Position numbers and translations under genes: made by a program
In this document: positions 8,686-18,441 of the stretch, in pieces
Layout: each line of letters begins with the position of its first letter
Numbering within the stretch: the first letter of the stretch is position 1
Notes under the pieces: generated by a model
The model's input: the letters and a program-made list of their open reading frames with translations, nothing else
Database searches by the model: none
Told to the model about the DNA's origin: nothing
NCBI GenBank assembly: GCA_018711625.1
Contig: DVID01000001.1
Span: forward strand, 4,610 to 68,609
DNA from: Candidatus Limicola stercorigallinarum
Lineage (GTDB): Bacteria; Actinomycetota; Coriobacteriia; Coriobacteriales; Coriobacteriaceae
Length of the DNA stretch: 64,000 bases
Direction: 5' to 3'

Positions 8686-10412
8686 CAAGCGCCTCCGTTT
8701 CGATGGCTTGGGCGCTGAGCTGGTGCATCGGTAGAAGCATCTTCGCTAGCTCCTGCGTGCGCGCCGTCTTGCGCCCCGCTACCAGCCGCACGTGCTACCG
8801 CATCTGATGAGGTACCCATAAGCTCGCGCAGCGCATCGCGATCGATGCGCAGAGCATCGCCGCCCGAATCTTCCAGCATGTCTCCCTGCACATCTGTCGC
8901 AGCAGCCCCATGCTTGCCCATAAGGCCCCGGCGCGGCATACCACCCCGCGCGCGATAACGCTGCGAGCGCGCCGTGTAGAGATTGATGAGCAAGATTACG
9001 CAGAAACTGAATAGGATGACCACAGACACCCAGAAAAGGGCGACATCGGTGTTGCCGCTCATCCATTCAAAATAGATGGCGATGGGGATGGTTTGCGTGA
9101 TGCCTGCGTAATTGCCAGCAAAAAAGAGCGTGCAGCCAAACTCGCCCATGGCGCGGGCGAAGGCAAGCACGGTGCCGGCAGCAATAGAAGGCCAGGCAAT
9201 GGGCATCATAAGACGGGTGAAGATGCGTCGCTCCGACCAGCCCAGCGTGCGCGCGGCGTCGAGCATCTGAGGATCGAGCGACTCAAAGGCACCAAGCGCC
9301 GTGCGGTACATGAGCGGAAAACTCACCACCACGGCGCTGATAACAGCAGCGGGCCAGGTGAACACGAGGGCAATGCCGTGGTCAATAAACCACCTGCCCA
9401 CCGGCGTTGCCCGACCAAAAAGCAGCAGCAACAGAAAACCGCACACCGTGGGTGGCAGCACCATGGGAATGGTGAAAACGGAGTCGAGCAGGCCCTTGAG
9501 GCGACTCGACGTTCCCATGGTTCGCCATGCGGCGACCAACCCAAGCGCAAAGGTAAGAACGAGGGCTACGGCGCTCGTTTTAATCGACACCCAGAAGGGC
9601 CGCATATCAACAGTTGCCAAAAAGGTTTGAACCTGCTCGAACATCGTGGGCGGATCAACCAGCGCCACCTCGGAGGCGCTCACCAAGGCACCGCTGTCGC
9701 ACCAAAGCGCCCCCGCTCCCAAGTCGAGCCCCTGCGCCTCAGCGGCCTGCGAAGGAGTTTCACCGGGCGCAAGCTGCGCCGGTTCAACCGCACAGTACGT
9801 ACGCCCATCTATGGCAAGGAAAAACCGATAACAATAGGCGCCCTCGCGATAGGTGTCCTCACTCGTAAACACCCAGGGTTTATCCGCCTCGGCAAGCAGT
9901 GCGCCGCCGCGCGAAGCCTCCTCATCAAGCCCCTCTATAAGAGAGCGCAGCTCCTCCGTATCCGAGGCATCAGCTGCATCAAACCCAGATGCTTCCGCCG
10001 CTTCGGGCTCAACGTATACCAGCACGCTTTCGGGCGTGCAGACAACTGCAAACGAAGCACCCTCAGCAATCGGGAACCGATATCCCACGTCCTGCGTGCC
10101 CACAGGACGCTCGGCACCCTTCTGGTAGCGGGTGAATCCATTGATACCAAACCCCGCCCCGTCGCTTACGGCAGATCCCTCAATAGGCTCAGACCCACCC
10201 GTAGCAGCATGGGCAGGTGTCGCAAGCATACAAAAAACAAGCGCAGCAAGCGCCACCAGCAAGGCCGCGCACAAGCGCGCTTCCACAAGCGGCAGCGGCC
10301 CCAGGGGGATACTGGGGCCGCTCTGCCCGTACGCGGTATGTCTCATCGTGTTGTACATACACTCGATTGTGCCATGGCATCTCTTGCTTGCGCACGAGAT
10401 GCGCCACCTCAT
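8685..10412 (-). CDS. modB: Molybdate ABC permease with long N- and C-terminal extensions (true start uncertain; ATG at 10358 or 10346 possible)
   Basis: PMVLPPTVCGFLLLLLFGR, VVSFPLMYRT, ARTLGWSE, FARAMGEFG core in the C-terminal half. Confidence 0.88.
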   Translation of the reverse strand: MRWRISCASKRCHGTIECMYNTMRHTAYGQSGPSIPLGPLPLVEARLCAALLVALAALVFCMLATPAHAATGGSEPIEGSAVSDGAGFGINGFTRYQKGAERPVGTQDVGYRFPIAEGASFAVVCTPESVLVYVEPEAAEASGFDAADASDTEELRSLIEGLDEEASRGGALLAEADKPWVFTSEDTYREGAYCYRFFLAIDGRTYCAVEPAQLAPGETPSQAAEAQGLDLGAGALWCDSGALVSASEVALVDPPTMFEQVQTFLATVDMRPFWVSIKTSAVALVLTFALGLVAAWRTMGTSSRLKGLLDSVFTIPMVLPPTVCGFLLLLLFGRATPVGRWFIDHGIALVFTWPAAVISAVVVSFPLMYRTALGAFESLDPQMLDAARTLGWSERRIFTRLMMPIAWPSIAAGTVLAFARAMGEFGCTLFFAGNYAGITQTIPIAIYFEWMSGNTDVALFWVSVVILFSFCVILLINLYTARSQRYRARGGMPRRGLMGKHGAAATDVQGDMLEDSGGDALRIDRDALRELMGTSSDAVARAAGSGAQDGAHAGASEDASTDAPAQRPSHRNGGA

Positions 10413-10418
10413 GAAACC

Positions 10419-11294
10419 TTACGCAAGCTCAAAGCCATACTCGGCCCAGATGGCAAGCGCGTCCTCATCACCCATGCAGAAGTCCAAAAAGTCCGCCGCA
10501 GCGCCGGCATTTTCCGAGCTTGTTGCCACAGCCCCGGGGTACACAATCGGCTTATGCGAGTCATCGGGGCAGGTATAGGCAACCTCAATACCCTCATAGC
10601 GATACACATCGGAGGTGTACACAAAACCCAGCGTGCAGTCGCCCGTGGACACATACTGGGCGGCAGTGCCCACCTTATCGGCAACTACCACACGGTCGGC
10701 AATCGACGCATCGTAGGTGCCATTCTCGCCCTCAGGCTCGCTGTAAAGGCCCACGCTCGCAAGCGCTTGGTTGGCGTACTTGCCAGCCGGGACAGCACCG
10801 GGCTCGCCAATGGCAATGCCGCCCTCGGTTGCGGTGATGTCTTCAAGGGAATTCACCGTCACGTCAGCGTTCTCGCCACGCACGATCACGAGCTCGTTCG
10901 TGAACATGTCTTGACGCGAGGAATCGTCAATAAGGCCCGCCTCCGACGCATCGTCCATGGTGCCCGAAGAGGCAGTGATGAGGATGTCCACGGGTGCACC
11001 GCCGCGCATCTGCTCAACGAGGTCACCCGAGCCCTTGTACTGGGTATCGGCAAAGGTAACACCGGTGCGCTCGGTATAGAGCGCCTCCACCTCGGGCATA
11101 GCCTTCTCGAGGGAGTTGGCTGCGAAGATCTGCAGCTCAACGGCGCTCGCGCTTCCGCCCTCGTCCTCCGCAGCGGCAGGAGCGCTCCCCGCCGAGCCCG
11201 CAGGCTTCTCAGCTGTGGTGCACCCAGCAAGCAAGCCAGTAGCTGCAAATGCCGAGGCTCCCACAAAGGCCCGCCGCGACATCATATTCTTCAT
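10419..11294 (-). CDS. modA: Molybdate ABC substrate-binding lipoprotein
   Basis: SRRAFVG twin-arginine-like signal with LLAGC lipobox; FAANSL, GSGDLVEQ, VPAGKYA, GFVYTSD, PIVYP. Confidence 0.9.
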   Translation of the reverse strand: MKNMMSRRAFVGASAFAATGLLAGCTTAEKPAGSAGSAPAAAEDEGGSASAVELQIFAANSLEKAMPEVEALYTERTGVTFADTQYKGSGDLVEQMRGGAPVDILITASSGTMDDASEAGLIDDSSRQDMFTNELVIVRGENADVTVNSLEDITATEGGIAIGEPGAVPAGKYANQALASVGLYSEPEGENGTYDASIADRVVVADKVGTAAQYVSTGDCTLGFVYTSDVYRYEGIEVAYTCPDDSHKPIVYPGAVATSSENAGAAADFLDFCMGDEDALAIWAEYGFELA

Positions 11295-11366
11295 CGGTTC
11301 CCCCTTCTTGCCCCATTGGAGCACGATGCCGGAAATCATGCCTATCTTGGCGAGACGTCCAGGTTA

Positions 11367-11414
11367 CAAACATTATTCTCAGACGTGATTATATCTACTT
11401 GAGAATAATGTTTG
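11367..11414 (-). promoter_or_regulatory. modA promoter (TTGCAA...TATAAT) overlapped by a 15-bp perfect inverted repeat (candidate operator)
   Basis: caaacattattctca (11367-11381) and tgagaataatgtttg (11400-11414) with an 18-nt spacer that carries TATAAT on the minus strand. Confidence 0.6.
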
Positions 11415-11441
11415 CAAGAAGAGATCTCTCGTTGGAGGGAA

Positions 11442-11915
11442 TCAATGGCCCCCGCCAAAGGTCATATGCACCGCATGCTCAAACTGGGATGCAACCGCCT
11501 CCCAGCACTCCCGCGCCGCCTTGGTGGAACCGGGAAAATTGATCACCAGGGTGGCACCGCGCTGCATGCATACGGCGCGCGAAAGCATGGCACGCGGCGT
11601 TTTGGTCATGGAGTAGGCACGCATGGCCTCGGCTATGCCCGGCACCTCGCGACTGCATGCCATGCGGGTTGCTTCGGGGGTTACATCGCGCAGCGACAAA
11701 CCCGTACCACCACAGGTGATCACAATATGGGCACCGTGCAAGTCCGCCGCCTCAATGATCGCATCTGCGATTTGGTTTACGTCGTCGCGCACCACCACAT
11801 GGCTCGCAACCGCCCAGCCCGCAGCACGGATGAGCTCCTCAAGTGCCGCCCCCGCCTCGTCCGAGGCAAGGTCGCGCGTGTCTGAGCAGGTGATAATCGC
11901 AATCGAAAGATCCAT
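11442..11915 (-). CDS. mogA: MogA/MoaB family molybdopterin adenylyltransferase
   Basis: IITCSD, VVRDD, TCGGTGLSLRDVTPEA, MLSRAV, INFPGS. Confidence 0.88.
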   Translation of the reverse strand: MDLSIAIITCSDTRDLASDEAGAALEELIRAAGWAVASHVVVRDDVNQIADAIIEAADLHGAHIVITCGGTGLSLRDVTPEATRMACSREVPGIAEAMRAYSMTKTPRAMLSRAVCMQRGATLVINFPGSTKAARECWEAVASQFEHAVHMTFGGGH

Positions 11916-12088
11916 GACACATCTCTTTCTGTGAGTGAATGGCGCGGGCGCCGTGTGGGAGGCATGGTTGAGGCTCAACAGCCGCGTCGCACGCGAGGAG
12001 ACGCGTATCGAGCAGCCCGCAAGACTGCCGTGACAGCATGCAAGCCCCGCCGGCTGAGCCGCACGCCCCCCTGACATACAGTCTGTCC

Positions 12089-13351
12089 TTAGAGCACCGC
12101 ACCCTCGGGAAGGTCGATGCGCACAACCTCAACCATATCGCCCGCGGCATAGCCCAGCAGGCCATCAGGAACAGTCAGCAGGCAATTAGCATGATGGAGC
12201 GTGCCCAAAAGCGCGGAGTTTTGTGAAGTGGCAGAGGTCACCGTAAGCTCGCCCGTCACAGCGTCACGCGCCACCGAGGCACGATCATAGAACCGCCGCT
12301 CTTGGCGCTTGGATACCTTGTGCGTGACCCGCGCCTGCTGACGCGGCCGCAAGCCCTGGGGGTATCCCTGCATGGCCCTGAGCATCGGGCGAGCAAGCAT
12401 CTCAAACCCCACATAGGCAGCAGCGGGATTGCCCGAAAGACCCAGATAGGGTGTCTCCCCCAACAGGCCAAAGGTGATGGCCTTGCCCGGACGCATCGAC
12501 ACGCGGTCAAAGAGCACCTGCCCCTCGCGATGCACGAGCGCCGTCACGTAATCGTAGTCACCCGCCGAGGCGCCGCCGCTCGTAATCACCAGGTCGCACG
12601 TTTGAGCGGCCTTACGCATGAGCGTGGCGATAGCTTCCTCGTCATCGGGCGCAATGCCAAAGAAGGTGGGCTCCGCACCCGCATCGAGCGCCTGCGCCAT
12701 CAGGGCCGACGAATTGGCATCGCGAATCTGCCCGCGATCAGGCTTGTCAGCAGGCGCCACCAGCTCCGTGCCGAGCGAGATAATGCCCACACGCGGCGCA
12801 CGGTACACGGAAAGCGTCTCGTGCCCAGCCGAAGCAGCAAGCCCGCAGCCGGCGGCGGTGCACACCTCACCCGCATGGAGCACCGCCTCGCCTCGGTGTG
12901 CTTCAAGGCCCGCCTCGCGAATGTTCTCGCCTACAGAGGCCGGCGCAGTGAAGGCAACCCGCGAGCCCTCGTTGCCGTCGCCTTCGCAAACCGCAACCAC
13001 CTCGTACTTCACCACGGCATCCGCCCCGGGCGGCACCGGCGCCCCCGTCATGATGCGCACGGCGGTGCCCGGCTCAACCGCGCCCGCAAACACATGGCCA
13101 GCCGCTTCGTGCCCCACTACCTCAAGCTCAACAGGGGTGTCCGCACATGCAGAAGCAAGGTCTTCTGCACGCACGGCATATCCGTCCATGGCGCTATTGG
13201 CAAAGGGCGAAAGGTCGATATCGGTGGTTACGTCGCCGGCAAGCACGCGGCCGGCAGCCTGCCACACCGGAACGGTCACGGCCTCGGTGCGCCGTGCATG
13301 AGCAAGCATGATAGCCTGCGCTTCTTCCACCAAAATCATCTTTTCTCCCAT
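12089..13351 (-). CDS. moeA: Molybdopterin molybdotransferase MoeA
   Basis: PFANSAMDGYAVR, RIMTGAPVP, SLGTEL, TSGGASAGDYD, MRPGK, LSGNPAAA. Confidence 0.93.
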   Translation of the reverse strand: MGEKMILVEEAQAIMLAHARRTEAVTVPVWQAAGRVLAGDVTTDIDLSPFANSAMDGYAVRAEDLASACADTPVELEVVGHEAAGHVFAGAVEPGTAVRIMTGAPVPPGADAVVKYEVVAVCEGDGNEGSRVAFTAPASVGENIREAGLEAHRGEAVLHAGEVCTAAGCGLAASAGHETLSVYRAPRVGIISLGTELVAPADKPDRGQIRDANSSALMAQALDAGAEPTFFGIAPDDEEAIATLMRKAAQTCDLVITSGGASAGDYDYVTALVHREGQVLFDRVSMRPGKAITFGLLGETPYLGLSGNPAAAYVGFEMLARPMLRAMQGYPQGLRPRQQARVTHKVSKRQERRFYDRASVARDAVTGELTVTSATSQNSALLGTLHHANCLLTVPDGLLGYAAGDMVEVVRIDLPEGAVL

Positions 13352-13534
13352 GGCTGCCCCTTTCTTCTCTGTTGAGCATAATAAAGAGCACGAACAACAC
13401 CCGTCAAGCACGGTAGAACGCATCGGCGAACTCCAAGGTGGGCGTATAATCAACGCCAAACTAAGGCCAACGGCGCCCTCATGGTGGCTTGGCCAAGCTT
13501 GTATCGATCCCTCTATTCCCATAGGAGTTTTCCT

Positions 13535-14893
13535 GTGCCACCCCTGCCCTCTTCCGTTGCCTCGGCCGCGCGCAAACAACTTGTACGTGGCGAACATATT
13601 GTTGCCTCAGACACCCGCCGCGACCTGCGCAACCTGCGTGAAAGCCTACGCCTGCTCGTCCTTGTTGTGGTGGTGGCAGCCGCTATGGGCGTGGCTGCCT
13701 GGGCCTTTTTGGCAAGTCTTGATGCGGTGGGCGCCTTCCGCGATGCGAACCGCATCATATTTCTTGGCCTGCCTGTGGTGGGCGTGGCAACCGCTTGGCT
13801 CTATCGCACGTACGGCAAAGGTGCGGCGCGCGGCAACAATCTGGTGATCGACTCCACCCTTGCCAACGCAACTGTACCTCTGCGCATGGCACCCTTCACC
13901 TTCGTGTGTTCTGTTGCCACGCATCTGGTGGGCGGTTCTGCCGGCCGCGAAGGCACCGCGGTGCAGATTGGCGGCACCATCGCCAGCACCGTATCGCGCC
14001 TGCTGCACCTCACCGGGCGCGACCACCAAGATCTTATGCTCTCAGGCATCTCCGCCGCCTTTGGCGCCGTATTTGGCACGCCGCTTGCAGGCACCTTCTT
14101 TGGCATGGAGATGTGCTTTGTGGGCAAGCTCCACTACAACGCCGGTATCTACTGCTTGGTGGCGTCCTTTGTGGGCGATATGGTGTCGCGCGCGCTGGGC
14201 ACCACACATGCTGCCTACGCTATCGCCGAGGTGCCCGCCCTTGAGCCCGCAACGGTTCTTATGGTTGTAGGCGCTGCGGTGATCTTTGGCCTTATGGCCC
14301 GCCTCTTTTCCTTTGCCATCCGCACCGTCAAGCGGTTTTGGGCCTCGCGCATCACCAACTACCTCACGGCAGCGCTTTTGGGATCGCTTCTGGTGTTGGG
14401 CGCGTACGTTGTCCTCAATGCCTATTCCTACGCGGGACTTTCCACCTGGCTTGTAACCTCGGGCCTTGAGGGGTCCACTTCGCTCATCGACCCCTTCATG
14501 AAACTCCTCATGACGGCGCTTACCCTGGGAGCAGGCTTCCAGGGAGGCGAGGTGACGCCGCTCTTTGGTATTGGCGCTTCGCTGGGAGGCTGGCTGGGTA
14601 CCGTCCTTTCAACGGAGCCCAGCTTCATGGCGGCACTTGGCCTGCTGGGTGTTTTTGGCGCAGCCCTCAACGTGCCCATCACCACCATCATGCTGGGTAT
14701 CGATCTCTTTGGCGGCAATGCGGTAGCCTACTTTGTTATTGTCTCGTTTGTGAGCTACCTCGTAGCGGGGCATCGCGGCGTGTATCCCGCGCAGCGCATC
14801 ATTATGCCCAAGCGCCGCTCGCTCGACGCCGACGAGAACCTTACGGTGGATGAAGCAATTGAGCGCCATCGCAACGAGACGGAGGCCTCATGA
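13535..14893 (+). CDS. CLC family channel/antiporter with CLC-F (fluoride/H+ antiporter) signatures
   Basis: GNNLV, GREGT and GEVTP motifs; AGGAG RBS before GTG at 13535. Confidence 0.85.
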   Translation: MPPLPSSVASAARKQLVRGEHIVASDTRRDLRNLRESLRLLVLVVVVAAAMGVAAWAFLASLDAVGAFRDANRIIFLGLPVVGVATAWLYRTYGKGAARGNNLVIDSTLANATVPLRMAPFTFVCSVATHLVGGSAGREGTAVQIGGTIASTVSRLLHLTGRDHQDLMLSGISAAFGAVFGTPLAGTFFGMEMCFVGKLHYNAGIYCLVASFVGDMVSRALGTTHAAYAIAEVPALEPATVLMVVGAAVIFGLMARLFSFAIRTVKRFWASRITNYLTAALLGSLLVLGAYVVLNAYSYAGLSTWLVTSGLEGSTSLIDPFMKLLMTALTLGAGFQGGEVTPLFGIGASLGGWLGTVLSTEPSFMAALGLLGVFGAALNVPITTIMLGIDLFGGNAVAYFVIVSFVSYLVAGHRGVYPAQRIIMPKRRSLDADENLTVDEAIERHRNETEAS

Positions 14894-15903
14894 CGGCCAC
14901 GATGCGCCAAGCCAACGCGCCAAGCGGCAAGACCCTCATCATTGCAAACCCGCTGGCACACTCGGGCAAGGCGGGTGAGGTGGCCGAGCGTCTCAAGCGA
15001 TTCTTGGGGCTCTATCACCACAGCGCATCTTCGTATGAGCTGGTATATACCGAGCGTCCACACCATGCCGAAGAGCTCGCTCGCCGCGCTCATGGATATG
15101 CAGCGGTGCTGGCACTTGGCGGAGACGGCGTGATTCACGAGGTGGCAAACGGCCTTATGGCGCACGACGCCGCAACGCGACCAGCGCTGGGGCTCATCCC
15201 CGTGGGCTCAGGCAACGACTACGCACGCACGCTGGGCATCGATCGCACCATCCGTGATGACTTTGCCCACCTGTTGCGATGGGAACCCACGCGCATGGAT
15301 GTGGGGCGTATCCAGGTGTTCGACCATCCGGTTGTGGATGTGTGTGACCCGGGAAACCTGCTGCATACCGAATACTTTGTAGAGACGTTCTCGTTTGGCC
15401 TGGACGCCGCAATCGCCCTGGATACCCAAGAGCTCCGTACCACCACACCGCTTACGGGAGACGCGCTCTATGTGGCAAGCGGCCTTAATGTGTTTGGCCG
15501 CAACTACCGCGCCTACCCCGCGCGCATTTCATGGGATGGATGTGCCGCACGCACGCTTGAGCCCTACCTCATGGCGGTGCAGCTTGGCCCCACCTATGGA
15601 TCAGGCTTTAAGGTGTGCCCCGATGCCGACCCTACCGACGGGCGCTTTGATGTGTGCTATGCCACAGCTCCGCTGCCCCGGGCCATCACGCTCCCCCTCT
15701 TTTTGCGCGCCCGCACGGGCAAGCACGTGAGCTCGCGCCACATCCATCTTTTGCAGGTGGAGCGCCTTCGCCTCGACCTTGCGGAGGATACCTACCCCCT
15801 CCAGGCAGATGGCGAGCGCGTGCGCGCCCAGCATATGACGGTGGAGGTGCTGCCTGCGGCCCTTACGGTGCTCAGGCCGGCGGCGCCGCAGGTAACGTCC
15901 TAA
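14890..15903 (+). CDS. Diacylglycerol kinase family (YegS/DgkB-like) lipid kinase
   Basis: IIANPLAHSG, GGDGVIHEVANGL, LIPVGSGNDYARTL, FSFGLDA, QADGE. Confidence 0.88.
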   Translation: MTATMRQANAPSGKTLIIANPLAHSGKAGEVAERLKRFLGLYHHSASSYELVYTERPHHAEELARRAHGYAAVLALGGDGVIHEVANGLMAHDAATRPALGLIPVGSGNDYARTLGIDRTIRDDFAHLLRWEPTRMDVGRIQVFDHPVVDVCDPGNLLHTEYFVETFSFGLDAAIALDTQELRTTTPLTGDALYVASGLNVFGRNYRAYPARISWDGCAARTLEPYLMAVQLGPTYGSGFKVCPDADPTDGRFDVCYATAPLPRAITLPLFLRARTGKHVSSRHIHLLQVERLRLDLAEDTYPLQADGERVRAQHMTVEVLPAALTVLRPAAPQVTS

Positions 15904-15988
15904 GCACCACGCTGCAACAGGGTATGCGGATAAGGCAGAGCTCCTGCTGCTGTTGCCTTCTCATGCGCCACCGGCACATAGCCAGCCG

Positions 15989-17173
15989 CTAGCGCATGCC
16001 CAACAGGAAGGCCATCGCTGCCAGCACCGCCAGAAACGCCACGTTCACCAGCGTAAACACAACCAAGAAGCGCTTGCGGGCACCCGGCTGCACCAGCGTG
16101 AGCTGCTTGTACGAGATAAGGCTTGCCATCGAGGCGATGAGCGTGCCCAGGCCACCTACGTTGGTGCCCACGATGAGCGCACTCCATGCACCGGTAAAGC
16201 CCGAGAGCAAAAGCGCCGCGGGAACATTGCTGATCACCTGGCTCGCCACCACCGAAACGAGAAACTCGCGGCCTTGCACAAGCGTGGCCAAGGCATCGTG
16301 GAACGGAGCGAACCGCTCGAGATTGCCCACAAAGATGTAGAAGGCCACAAAGGTGAGCAGCAGCCCGTAGTCAACCGAGCGAAAAAGCCCACGGTCTACC
16401 ACCAGCATCACGATGGCAACAATGCCCACGGCCACCAGCACATCAAGGATGCCGGCTACGCAGGCAAGGCACACCGCAAAGAGCGCCGTGTACAAAGCCA
16501 CGCGCGCCGCTGGCAGGCGCTCGCCCTCATCAAGCTGGGGCGCCACATCTTGCTCTCCGCGCGTAAGACCCACAAAAACGGCGAGCGTAAGCAGCACGGC
16601 AGACACCACCGTATAGGGAGCCATGAGGGCAATGAACGAGCCCATATCCATGCCCGAGACCGAGTACAGATAGAGGTTCTGCGGGTTACCCATGGGCATG
16701 GCCATACTGCCCAGGTTGGCCGCCACCGTCATAAGTGTCACCACCAGGCACGCGTTATCGTCAGCGCGCACCATGCCCAGCAACAGCAGCGCAAGCGGCA
16801 CAAAGGTCACGAGCGCCACGTCGTTGGTGATAAACATGCTCGAGAAAAAGCAGAGCCCTACAAGTACAAGAGCAATGCCCCTCAGTGAGCGCACACGCCC
16901 CAAAAGCACCGCCGCGATACGGCGAAAGGCTCCCACACGTTGAAAGCCCGCCATCACCAGCATGAGCGCGAAGAGCTTGCCGAGGGTTTCTAGATCGATG
17001 TAGGCGGCATACTGTGCGTCAGGTGGCACAAGCACGCACGAAACCGCCGCAAGTACGGCCGCGATAACAAGCACGGTCTCGGTGCGCACCAACGTGGCGG
17101 CGCGCCACCACAGGCGCTCCGCCACGCTCCAACCACGCCGGGCAATGCGCACAGCGCTATTAGTCTTCGGCAA
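15989..17173 (-). CDS. Anion permease, CitMHS/ArsB/SLC13-like family
   Basis: [65 protein letters not shown]. Confidence 0.8.
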   Translation of the reverse strand: MPKTNSAVRIARRGWSVAERLWWRAATLVRTETVLVIAAVLAAVSCVLVPPDAQYAAYIDLETLGKLFALMLVMAGFQRVGAFRRIAAVLLGRVRSLRGIALVLVGLCFFSSMFITNDVALVTFVPLALLLLGMVRADDNACLVVTLMTVAANLGSMAMPMGNPQNLYLYSVSGMDMGSFIALMAPYTVVSAVLLTLAVFVGLTRGEQDVAPQLDEGERLPAARVALYTALFAVCLACVAGILDVLVAVGIVAIVMLVVDRGLFRSVDYGLLLTFVAFYIFVGNLERFAPFHDALATLVQGREFLVSVVASQVISNVPAALLLSGFTGAWSALIVGTNVGGLGTLIASMASLISYKQLTLVQPGARKRFLVVFTLVNVAFLAVLAAMAFLLGMR

Positions 17174-17744
17174 AGATGAGCTCCCCCGTCTCCCCGTTCA
17201 TCGAGGCGATGCGCGCAAGCGATTCCACGCGCAGGCCACGCTCGCGCAAACGGTCGCCACCACCCTGATACGCCTTTTCGATGGCAATGCCGATGCCCAC
17301 TACCGTGGCACCAGCCATCTCGCACAGTCGCACCAAGCCTTCGAGCGCGCAGCCGTTGGCCAAGAAGTCGTCGATAATAAACACCTGGTCGCCTTCGTTG
17401 AGGAAGCGCCGGCCCACGATAACAGGAAATTCGCGCTGCTTCGTGAAAGAATAGATGGTGGTAGCCAGCTGGTCGCCGTCCAGATTGATCGAAGGCGCCT
17501 TCTTTGCAAACACCACCGGAGCGTTATCAAAATGACGCGCCGCAACGCACGCGATGCCAATGCCCGATGCCTCGATCGTGAGGATCTTGGTCACCGGGGT
17601 GCCCGCCATCCTGCGTGCCCACTCCTCGCCCATCTTGTCAAAGAGTTCAACGTCACATTGATGGTTCAAAAAGGCATCAACCTTAAGCACATCGCCCGGT
17701 TTTACCACACCATCTGCCCGAATTCGGTCTTCCAGAAGCTTCAT
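17160..17744 (-). CDS. xpt: Xanthine phosphoribosyltransferase
   Basis: [37 protein letters not shown] motif, IEKAYQGG. Confidence 0.93.
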   Translation of the reverse strand: MKLLEDRIRADGVVKPGDVLKVDAFLNHQCDVELFDKMGEEWARRMAGTPVTKILTIEASGIGIACVAARHFDNAPVVFAKKAPSINLDGDQLATTIYSFTKQREFPVIVGRRFLNEGDQVFIIDDFLANGCALEGLVRLCEMAGATVVGIGIAIEKAYQGGGDRLRERGLRVESLARIASMNGETGELIFAED

Positions 17745-17852
17745 GCCGCACTCCCCTTTTGCGACGTGCCCATATGACCTCGCCATTATATGCGAGAATA
17801 CCATCCGTTATTTCAACGGCACCAAGAAGCTACCAAGAACAGGAATTTACCC

Positions 17853-18317
17853 ATGAAGAGAGTCATAGAAGAGTTTGTAGCATTCATTAGCCGCGGCAAC
17901 GTGATCGATCTTGCCGTTGGCGTTATCATCGGCGGCGCCTTCACCTCGGTGGTGAACTCGCTCGTCAACAACGTCATCACACCGCTTATCTCGTTTCTCA
18001 CCGGCGGTACTCCCGAGGTTGGCGGGCTTACGCTTGTGCTTGGTGGCCAAGAGCTCAACTTTAGCGCCTTCATAGGCGACATCATCAGCTTCCTCATCAC
18101 CGCGCTTGCGGTCTTTGCCATCATCAAGGCCATGAACGCCGCGGCTGAGCTCAAGGAGCTTGCTGCCAAAAAGGCCGGCCTTGCCAAGGAGGCGGAAGAA
18201 AAGCCTGAGCCCCGTACCTGCCCCTTCTGCAAGCAGGAGATCGCCGATGATGCCACCCGTTGCCCGCACTGCACGGCTAAGCTCGAAGGATACGTTAATC
18301 CACAGGAAACAGCCTAG
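17853..18317 (+). CDS. mscL: Large-conductance mechanosensitive channel with C-terminal zinc-ribbon-like tail
   Basis: EEFVAFISRGNVIDLAVGVIIGGAF, IISFLITA; tail CPFC...CPHC. Confidence 0.92.
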   Translation: MKRVIEEFVAFISRGNVIDLAVGVIIGGAFTSVVNSLVNNVITPLISFLTGGTPEVGGLTLVLGGQELNFSAFIGDIISFLITALAVFAIIKAMNAAAELKELAAKKAGLAKEAEEKPEPRTCPFCKQEIADDATRCPHCTAKLEGYVNPQETA

Positions 18318-18441
18318 CGTCTTGTCGCTCCGGGCCTAGTTCACGACACCAAACCGCAGCGCACACTTTTGCGCAAGCTTGCCGTAAACCACGGATGCCC
18401 CGCTCGGCGCAGGGCATCCGTGATTCTTATATATCGCCTAT

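Noticed and set aside
11295-11366. Moco/Wco riboswitch before modA (also checked 11916-12088 before mogA)
   Set aside because: Only short hairpins and an isolated GCCTCCC; the GAAA tetraloop stem and the CCUAA/GGAAAGG core are not recognisable.
9093-11402. 769-aa plus-strand ORF and other long antisense ORFs (e.g. 21376-22872, 31558-32760, 49179-50795, 59680-61272, 62310-63923)
   Set aside because: Shadow frames opposite well-supported genes in high-GC DNA, with no recognisable motifs.
17765-17796. Purine (guanine) riboswitch upstream of xpt: the minus strand reads catataat-ggcgaggtc-atatgg-gcacg, similar to the 5' half of the B. subtilis xpt aptamer
   Set aside because: The GUUUCUACC junction and P3 (CCGUAAA...GACUA) are absent and the RBS follows immediately; TATAAT is more simply a -10 box.
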